Below, one piece after another: positions 56,833 through 64,000 of a DNA stretch of 64,000 nucleotides. The stretch spans positions 1 to 64,000 of IMG/VR virus record IMGVR_UViG_3300021379_000006; one strand, written 5' to 3'. Source of the DNA: a virus. Below the pieces are notes generated by a model that was given only the letters and a program-made list of their open reading frames with translations, searched no databases and was not told the DNA's origin. Made by a program: the position numbers and the translations under genes. Position 1 is the stretch's first letter. Every line of letters starts with the position of its first letter.

Positions 56833-59800
56833 TTATTTTTGTGTCTTGTTATATAAAGCTTCTGCAGCTTGATTTTTTTCTAAAATCTCCTGCATCTTTA
56901 TAAACTCAATATAGTCAGCAATTTGTTGTATTCCATTTGCTTTAACAGGTTGACCAGCTAATTCTCCGTATACAGATGGATCCATTGGATATCTTATCAT
57001 TTCCATTGGGCGTGTTATTTCAACGTAATGATTTTCTGTACCTGCAGTTGGATCAAATGATCTCTCTGTTAAAGTTGTATAATATACACCATTATTTCTC
57101 CAAATTTTAAATTCTCCTGCGCCAGGAATTTCTCTGTGGTATTTACCATCAAATTGAATTTCAGTATCTACCATAGAATAATTATAATTGCTTTGTGAGT
57201 AACCACTTATATCTTGATCTGGATTTACCATAAGTGTAATTGTAGAAAATTTATCTTTTTCTATTTTTTCAAGAATACCATAACCAGGATCATCTGTATC
57301 ACCCGTTGCTAATTTCTTTAAATAATCTTGATCAAATGTAATTACATATGCCCCATCTTTTGAAGGGGAGTCTATTGCTCCATATGCATCTATATAGCTG
57401 ACACTAAATAAAGCTTTATCTTTTATACTAGAACCTTGACTACCAGCATCAAGATCCATTAACGCTTGCCCAACAACACGTCTTGCTTTATCACCATCTT
57501 TTTCAACTTTTTTGGTAACGTCTGAACTTTCAAACTCTCTAACATCACCGGGGATATATTGAACACCACCTGTGCTAACTTGATTAATTAAATCAACAAG
57601 AACATTTTCTTGTTCTGTAGTTAAACCATTAATGTTACTAGGAACAATAACCCCTGAGTTATATGAGTTAGACATAAATGCAGAACCATCTGACATATTT
57701 TTTACAGAACCACCTCTTAGAACTTGATATACATCAAACACTTCATATGGTCTTTCTGCTCCAGCATCTGTATCTGCTTCAGTTGTAGCATAATAGTTAT
57801 AGTATCCATTTAAGGTTCTATTTAGCACGTTATATTGTTTTTCATAAGCTTTAGTAGCTTCTTCTGTAACCCAGTCTTCATCAAGGGTTTCCTCCATATT
57901 GCCGCTCCATCCATAGGTACCCATAGGTGTAACCACACGCTCCGTACCTTTTGTATAGAAATCTTCATCAAGCCGTACCCAATCTGTATATTCTCTTCTT
58001 CTTGCTTTTTCTATGGCTACATCAATAAATTCTTCTTTAGACAAAATCTTACCATCTTGAACAATGGATGGAGCACCATAACTCATATCATAAAGAACTT
58101 CTTCTACTCCAACCGCGTCTTTAAAGTTAAGTATCTGTCCCCAGTTAGCTACTGCTTTTGTTTCTAGTAACTCTCTACCACGCTCAGTTCGCATTGCTAA
58201 ACCTTGCATATCGCTCATCCTATTTTTAAACAAAGTAGCTTGAGCGTTTGTAATATTTGGTGCTTTCTCTGTCCTAGAGTCTTGAGTTGCAAGAGCTTCA
58301 TCAATTTTCTCATATTCTTTTGCAACCCACTCTTTATATTGAGGTTTTTGTAATTCTACTCTAGCTTCATCTAAAGTAAATACTTTATCACCACCTTGAG
58401 TTGGAAGAGTTATAGTTTCAGGAGTACCAGCTTGACCTCTACTTGCCTGGTCAATTTGATAGTAATCTAATACTACACCAACTGTTTCATTATAGATTTT
58501 GTCATCTGCATCTTTGAATTCTGTTTCTGCTAATTTTAGAGCATCAAAATCAGCTTGTGGTTCGCCATCTGCATTTGCAACATACGATACATCTTGTTGA
58601 CCTGTACTAAGCTTACCCAAAGCATTACCTAATCTACTTTCAGGTGATAATAAACCTGCTTTTATTCTTGCAGCTTCTAGCTCATTTGCTCTGTTTAATG
58701 CATTTTGTTCAGCTCTAAATTTTCTATCTGCTGCATCACGGATCATATCAAGCTTGTGCTTTTCTATGTCTCTTTGAAAATCATTAATTTCAATATCTCT
58801 ACTAGCACTTTGCATAGAATAACTTCTAGCTGCTGCTCTTAGATCATCATTAATATTCCAGTTCATTAACATAGCATAAGCTTTGTTAATCAATGCTTCT
58901 TCATCTGGGGTAGGTTGACTAACAGATCCCAATAAAGCTCTATTAGATTCTGTTTCTAACTCCATTTCTTCAAGAGCTAATACAACTTGCTCATAAGCAG
59001 ATCTTTGAGCTGGTGATAATCTATCTTCTCCAACATCAGTAATTTTTGCTTCATGCTTCTCTCTTAGTTCTTTTAACTCTTTTAATTTTCCTTGTTGAGT
59101 TAATTCTAATTCTGCTGCTTTAAAGTTAATATCTGCTATTAAACTTTGTGCCCATTGTACTCTACCTTCATTTATTGATTGATATTTACCAGCAGCTACA
59201 CCATCTTCAGCATGTCTTCTTGCTTTTACATATGCATCAGCAGAATAGGCTCTTTGAACATTTGCATTATTAGCCAATGCTCTTCTGACTCTTTCAAATG
59301 ATGCATCATATACAAGCTCACCATTCTTTTGTTTTATAATAAACTTGTTATCTTTTGTAAAATAAAAATCCTCAACTTCTAAACCCGATTCTTCCAAATA
59401 GTTTAATGCCATATCATATAGATTGACATTAGGTATATAAGTAGGTAGAGGTTTATTTGCAGCGTCTTCGGGAGATGCTTCTATAAAATCTTGCATTTGA
59501 TAGTTTAGGTAATCAATACCTGTCTGCCAATACTTATTACTAGCATCTGAGTTTGGAGCATTTAATAAGCTTTGAGCTCGTTGTAATTCTCCTTTATATC
59601 TTGCTGTTCTATAGATATCCTGTTGAACTAGTTTATTTTCTATAAATGGATTAAAGACACCACGTGCTTGATCTACGTTTGCACCAATAGATAAATCTAA
59701 TTCAGCTATTTGATTAATACGTGGAACCAATTGCTGAGCAAATTGATCTCTAATTTGTTGAGTATCTTGTCTTGATAAATCTGCATAGACAACACTACCA

Positions 59801-59940
59801 TACAAATCATTTATTGCTTTATAGTTTGTATCGTATCTATCCTGACGTGTAGAAAGTACCGCTTGAGCAAATTTAAAATCTGGTTCAAACGGTTCATACG
59901 TGGGGATGTAACTATCTATTCCTGGTATATAAGTTGCCAT
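56833..59940 (-). CDS. Putative virion cargo / ejection protein
   Basis: 1035 aa, helical N-terminal half, directly upstream of the vRNAP. Confidence 0.6.
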   Translation of the reverse strand: MATYIPGIDSYIPTYEPFEPDFKFAQAVLSTRQDRYDTNYKAINDLYGSVVYADLSRQDTQQIRDQFAQQLVPRINQIAELDLSIGANVDQARGVFNPFIENKLVQQDIYRTARYKGELQRAQSLLNAPNSDASNKYWQTGIDYLNYQMQDFIEASPEDAANKPLPTYIPNVNLYDMALNYLEESGLEVEDFYFTKDNKFIIKQKNGELVYDASFERVRRALANNANVQRAYSADAYVKARRHAEDGVAAGKYQSINEGRVQWAQSLIADINFKAAELELTQQGKLKELKELREKHEAKITDVGEDRLSPAQRSAYEQVVLALEEMELETESNRALLGSVSQPTPDEEALINKAYAMLMNWNINDDLRAAARSYSMQSASRDIEINDFQRDIEKHKLDMIRDAADRKFRAEQNALNRANELEAARIKAGLLSPESRLGNALGKLSTGQQDVSYVANADGEPQADFDALKLAETEFKDADDKIYNETVGVVLDYYQIDQASRGQAGTPETITLPTQGGDKVFTLDEARVELQKPQYKEWVAKEYEKIDEALATQDSRTEKAPNITNAQATLFKNRMSDMQGLAMRTERGRELLETKAVANWGQILNFKDAVGVEEVLYDMSYGAPSIVQDGKILSKEEFIDVAIEKARRREYTDWVRLDEDFYTKGTERVVTPMGTYGWSGNMEETLDEDWVTEEATKAYEKQYNVLNRTLNGYYNYYATTEADTDAGAERPYEVFDVYQVLRGGSVKNMSDGSAFMSNSYNSGVIVPSNINGLTTEQENVLVDLINQVSTGGVQYIPGDVREFESSDVTKKVEKDGDKARRVVGQALMDLDAGSQGSSIKDKALFSVSYIDAYGAIDSPSKDGAYVITFDQDYLKKLATGDTDDPGYGILEKIEKDKFSTITLMVNPDQDISGYSQSNYNYSMVDTEIQFDGKYHREIPGAGEFKIWRNNGVYYTTLTERSFDPTAGTENHYVEITRPMEMIRYPMDPSVYGELAGQPVKANGIQQIADYIEFIKMQEILEKNQAAEALYNKTQK

Positions 59941-59999
59941 AAATCTAAATTACTAAAATTTTCTAAGTTTTAAAAGCTTTATGCTTACACTCTTTAAGT

Positions 60000-62795
60000 T
60001 TATGAACCCATCTTTCCTGTGTAAAAAGGCACTGCAAACTTCTTAATTTCTTTTCCTTTTTTTCCTTGACCATTTGCTAAACTCATTGTCGCAAGTACTT
60101 CTGGTGTAAGACCATACATTTCTGCATAATTCCCACTAAGCATTGGATTCTCTGCTTGAGTTGTTCCTGAAGTATAGTAATCTATCATAGCTTTGTTGAC
60201 ACCATCTTCACCAAACATGTTATACAAATCTTGTAGATCTTGCATACGTTGTTGTTTAGCAACTCTAGGATCTCCTTGCTTACTTGGAATAGGTCTTCTA
60301 CCATTTACAAAATCAATGGTACCACCTGTTACAGGATTAATATTAAATTGATCATAAAGACTACTTAAATTGTAAGCGCCCACTGCATTTGTAAGAGCAT
60401 CTGCCTGCCAGTTCATGAAATCATTCATGTCAGCATTCTTTTCATTATCATACATTTGCAATGTAGCTTGTGTTGCATCATACAATTGATCAGTTCTTTC
60501 AGCATTTAATCTGTTAACCGCAAAGTCTAATTGAGCCTGACGTGTTAAACCAGAATTAACTGTATTAATATTTCTACCATGAACTCTTGCAAATGCGTTA
60601 GCGGCTTGCGTCATTGCATCACCAGACATTTTACTTAACCTAGCACTTGTGCTTTGAGGACCCGCAAAAGCACCTACTGCCTGCGCAGCTATATTATATT
60701 TCTCATTTACATCTGCAAGCTGTCTTGTAGGTTCTTCTAGTACATAATCTATTCTTGGTCTTTCAATAGGCTGTCTGAACGGCATGTACATATTTCTATC
60801 TCTAAGAGCAATTGCTGCTCCCTTATATAGATCTTGTGTGTAGAAGTCAAGATCAGGATCTCTATATGTTTGTATATCTCCTGGTTCATCACAGCATTCT
60901 AATGAATATGTACCATCGGGACAAAGACATCCTTCTTCTTCTTTTTCTTTTTCTGGTTCTGGCTCTGCTACTTGTAAGAATTGATTCAAAGTATTATTAC
61001 CGTAGAATCCATCTTTCTTAGAAATCTTCTTATTTACAGCCCAGTTAGTATTTTGATTTGGTCCAGTTGCTGTATATGATAAGTATGGCTCAGCATTATC
61101 CTTATCTGCTATAGTAACAGCTTGGAAGAATAATTGATTTAATTGTGTTGTTTTGTCATCAATGTTATAACCACCATAAAGATCTGGATAAAGTTCTGCT
61201 GCTCTATCAAATAAAGCTTGAGTGTTTTTATTTTTTCTATCTCCTCTACCTCTATCTAACTCTTTTGCATATCTCATGTCTTCAGGCATAAGATCTGCAA
61301 TCATATAGTTATTCTTTTGGTAGTCTAGGAATGTTTGAACCATCTCAGCCTTAGATGGGATATCAGATTCAGGAATACCTTGCGCCTTTGCGTTAGCAAC
61401 AAAAGCAACATAAGCTCTATCAATTGTAGTTTCCCACATAGGATCACCAGAAGTAAATAGTCTTTCTAGTTCTTGATATTGTGAATAGTTATCACCTAAC
61501 CCTCTACCACCTTCAATCTCTGAAACATCTAAGGTTGTTCTACCACCTCTTCTTGAAGCAGCAGGTGCCGCAGCAGGTGCCGCAGCAGGAGAAGGTGTAG
61601 GAGAAGGTGGTGCAGAAGCTCCAGCAGCTGAACCAGAAATAGTTGTAGCAGGAATAGTTGTAGCAGGAGGAGTAGGATCAAGAGGACCGGATGCTTTAAC
61701 ATATGCTTGTGCATCACCACTCCAAACCCAGCCTGCATTTTCCATTGTTGTATTATACTGAGTACCAGCATGTGGATTTCCTGTTGGAATAAGACTTCCT
61801 ACAGGATTACCCTCTGTATCTACCGCATGTTTTCCTATTTCTACATACTTGCCGTTTGTAAATTGATATGCTGTACCGTTTGCTGGATTAAAATAATAAA
61901 CACCTTCTTGAGCATCTGCTGTAAATGGTATACCATATCTACCATTAGACATTTTTTGATATTCAATACCATTTTGGGCTCTTGGTAATTCCATACCATA
62001 AGCAGCCATAGGTTGTGACATTTGACCAGCTTGTTCCATTATCTGTCTTAATGCCATTACCTGAGCTTGTTGCTCTGGAGATAATCCTTCAAACATTCTT
62101 TGTGCAGCTTGCTCTCTTGTGATATTCTCTACTTTCTGAGTAAACTCAATAGGATTAATACCTTGAGAAATCAAATAAGGATGAGCAGTTGCTGGAACAC
62201 CATCTGAAAATTGTTTCTTTGCTTCTTGTCCAAATGCTAATTTTGATAAACTCATTTGATTTTTATCTATCATTAATTCAGCACTTTTGGTTGTAATGTT
62301 ATCTGCAAAAGGATCTGCCATTGCTCCTATGTATTCATTGAGCTGGTATTTTTTAGAAACCTTAGCTGGAGTCATTTTCTTTCTTGATTCAATACCAAAC
62401 TCTGCAAGCTCTTGTCTATTAAACTTCATTTTAGCTGTATCAGAAAATACAAATGATTGCTCTGGCAAATACATTGGTACGCCACCACTACTGTGTCTAG
62501 GACCTTTAATGTCATACAAACCAAATCTACCATCATTATTAAGATCTGTCAATACAGTCTCACCACCTTCTGCTTCTATATTAGCAACTTCTCTAGGTAC
62601 GGATGATAAAGAGTATCTAACATCTACGTCATTGGTATTGTTAAATTGGTCATTACCAAAATTATAAGGAGATGTAACAAGACCATAACCAGATTGATCT
62701 CCGGTCATCATACCGCCATGTTTCATCTTTTTTGTAACCTTACCGTTTTTAATTTCAAAACCATCAGGTAATTTTTTTAATCTAATCTTTGCCAT
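60000..62795 (-). CDS. Putative virion cargo protein
   Basis: NIEAEGGETV...GPRHSSGG segment, Q/A-rich helices, Pro/Ala linker, KMKHGG motif. Confidence 0.6.
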   Translation of the reverse strand: MAKIRLKKLPDGFEIKNGKVTKKMKHGGMMTGDQSGYGLVTSPYNFGNDQFNNTNDVDVRYSLSSVPREVANIEAEGGETVLTDLNNDGRFGLYDIKGPRHSSGGVPMYLPEQSFVFSDTAKMKFNRQELAEFGIESRKKMTPAKVSKKYQLNEYIGAMADPFADNITTKSAELMIDKNQMSLSKLAFGQEAKKQFSDGVPATAHPYLISQGINPIEFTQKVENITREQAAQRMFEGLSPEQQAQVMALRQIMEQAGQMSQPMAAYGMELPRAQNGIEYQKMSNGRYGIPFTADAQEGVYYFNPANGTAYQFTNGKYVEIGKHAVDTEGNPVGSLIPTGNPHAGTQYNTTMENAGWVWSGDAQAYVKASGPLDPTPPATTIPATTISGSAAGASAPPSPTPSPAAAPAAAPAASRRGGRTTLDVSEIEGGRGLGDNYSQYQELERLFTSGDPMWETTIDRAYVAFVANAKAQGIPESDIPSKAEMVQTFLDYQKNNYMIADLMPEDMRYAKELDRGRGDRKNKNTQALFDRAAELYPDLYGGYNIDDKTTQLNQLFFQAVTIADKDNAEPYLSYTATGPNQNTNWAVNKKISKKDGFYGNNTLNQFLQVAEPEPEKEKEEEGCLCPDGTYSLECCDEPGDIQTYRDPDLDFYTQDLYKGAAIALRDRNMYMPFRQPIERPRIDYVLEEPTRQLADVNEKYNIAAQAVGAFAGPQSTSARLSKMSGDAMTQAANAFARVHGRNINTVNSGLTRQAQLDFAVNRLNAERTDQLYDATQATLQMYDNEKNADMNDFMNWQADALTNAVGAYNLSSLYDQFNINPVTGGTIDFVNGRRPIPSKQGDPRVAKQQRMQDLQDLYNMFGEDGVNKAMIDYYTSGTTQAENPMLSGNYAEMYGLTPEVLATMSLANGQGKKGKEIKKFAVPFYTGKMGS
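61558..61667. repeat. Short tandem repeats encoding a Pro/Ala/Thr linker
   Basis: 12-nt unit gcagcaggtgcc (PAAA) and 15-nt unit aatagttgtagcagg (PATTI). Confidence 0.7.
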
Positions 62796-62797
62796 AA

Positions 62798-64000
62798 TTA
62801 TAACATTTCTATGTCTGCTCCAGCAGCTATTAATGCAGCAAGAGTATCATTATCTACTTCTAGTTCTCCACCATATTCACGTTCTATCTTTCCTGCAGAT
62901 GTATAACCTTGTCTAACAGCCTCAGTAACTAAGGCCGCAGCTTCTTCTGGAGTATTTGTAGTTGCACCAATTATAGAACCCAAAAAGTTATTATACATAT
63001 CCATTCCAGATTCCTTAGCCTTTGTCATAAAAGGTCTTTCATCCTTACCAAATGCGGAAGCTTCGTGACCGGCGCCCAAAATATTTGCACCAATAGCACC
63101 TATTATTTCATCATGAGGAAGATAATCTGAAAAAGGAATATAAGCTCCTGCTTTATCTGCTATTGTTTGAGCAGTAACAGCTGATGAATAACCATGTCTT
63201 AATGGATCTGAGTTTATATCTCTAAACTCCATCAAAGCTTCAAGACTCTTATAAGCATCAGAATTCTTTTTAGTTTCCCAAATTTCTGTTAAACGATTCA
63301 ACTCTGCTATTTCTTCATCAGTAAATTTGCTTTTATCATAGTCATGTATACGCATTAACCTGTCTTCATATCTATATAACTCGTCTTGAGCGCCATCAAT
63401 GTCATCTATTATCATTTGTTGTTCCTTCGTATATGGGAAGTCATAACGCATAGAACCAAGAGAATTATCTACTTGATCTTCTAAATATCCTAAAAGATTA
63501 CCTTTATTGTATGCATATTTAAGATCAGAATAATTTTCTTCTGGAGGATCTCCACCATTTTGCATTTCCTCTTTATGCAAATATCCCATCTTAGCCATTC
63601 TTTCATGATCAGCTGGTACTTTAGCTTTATAACCTTTACCGCTTTCAGGATCATACATCATGTGTGGTTCAAACTCACCGCCTTTTTTATACATTTCTTT
63701 ACCGTACATAGCAGGTGCATAATAATCAACAAGATTGTCTGGTTCAGCTAATCCAGTGTTCACGTCAAATGTTCCTCTCTTATTTGCAGGATTTTCTACA
63801 GCTCTATAAATTCTATCAGCCATAGTAGAGTTTCTCAATTCATTTTTGTAGTTAAAGTAATCTTGCTCTGCAAAAAACTCATTAGCAAAGTTTGCTCCCA
63901 TTACAGCAAAGTTTGAAACATCTCCATATGCTTGCATGTATGGGTTATCTTGTATAAATGTAGATATCTGTTTTGGTATGTTTTTTAACTGTCTTCTTCT
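62798..64000 (-). CDS. Putative virion cargo protein, 5'-truncated by the window edge, with DUF6973-like domain
   Basis: Frame stays open from 63937 to 64000; LRHGYSSA...GHE...ESGMDMYNNFLG; several xxxGG motifs. Confidence 0.65.
   Translation of the reverse strand, partial: RRRQLKNIPKQISTFIQDNPYMQAYGDVSNFAVMGANFANEFFAEQDYFNYKNELRNSTMADRIYRAVENPANKRGTFDVNTGLAEPDNLVDYYAPAMYGKEMYKKGGEFEPHMMYDPESGKGYKAKVPADHERMAKMGYLHKEEMQNGGDPPEENYSDLKYAYNKGNLLGYLEDQVDNSLGSMRYDFPYTKEQQMIIDDIDGAQDELYRYEDRLMRIHDYDKSKFTDEEIAELNRLTEIWETKKNSDAYKSLEALMEFRDINSDPLRHGYSSAVTAQTIADKAGAYIPFSDYLPHDEIIGAIGANILGAGHEASAFGKDERPFMTKAKESGMDMYNNFLGSIIGATTNTPEEAAALVTEAVRQGYTSAGKIEREYGGELEVDNDTLAALIAAGADIEML

Noticed and set aside
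36862-63751. Many short ORFs inside the giant genes (antisense or off-frame), plus 1780, 4093, 4686, 6730, 10634 and 30840
   Set aside because: Shadow ORFs fully overlapping well-supported genes, with no recognisable motifs
1-64000. TAG or TGA stop-codon reassignment, as in some crAss-like phages
   Set aside because: Long genes are intact in code 11. TAG ends ung at its natural C-terminus (2352) and directly precedes the next ATG at 4887 and 21520; TGA stops form ATGA overlaps.

Overview
A 64-kb, AT-rich, gene-dense stretch of a crAss-like (Crassvirales-type) lytic phage genome, read in the standard bacterial code. The host is probably a Bacteroidota species: there are TAnnTTTG promoter boxes and no Shine-Dalgarno motifs. 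Four blocks are visible. (1) 1-22.1 kb (+): replication, repair and host-takeover genes (UNG, DnaA-domain-IV-like protein, DnaB helicase, Sak4-like ATPase, SSB, primase, RusA-like resolvase, VWA/metallopeptidase plus MoxR ATPase, PD-(D/E)XK exonuclease, family B polymerase, SPL-like radical SAM enzyme, thioesterase). (2) 22.1-30.2 kb (-): tail-fibre and virion genes, small basic proteins and holin-like genes. (3) 30.3-36.1 kb (+): class I ribonucleotide reductase followed by a complete phage-encoded two-component module (DUF2892-like membrane protein, histidine kinase, single-domain receiver, membrane coiled-coil protein, spanin-like protein). (4) 36.2-64 kb (-): giant virion cargo proteins, including a 4988-aa DFDID-type virion RNA polymerase and proteins punctuated by xxxGG motifs. 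The best candidates for undescribed systems are the two-component operon, the GG-delimited cargo modules, and the MoxR/VWA locus with three paralogous partner proteins. All family assignments come from motif recognition by eye; no database searches were run.
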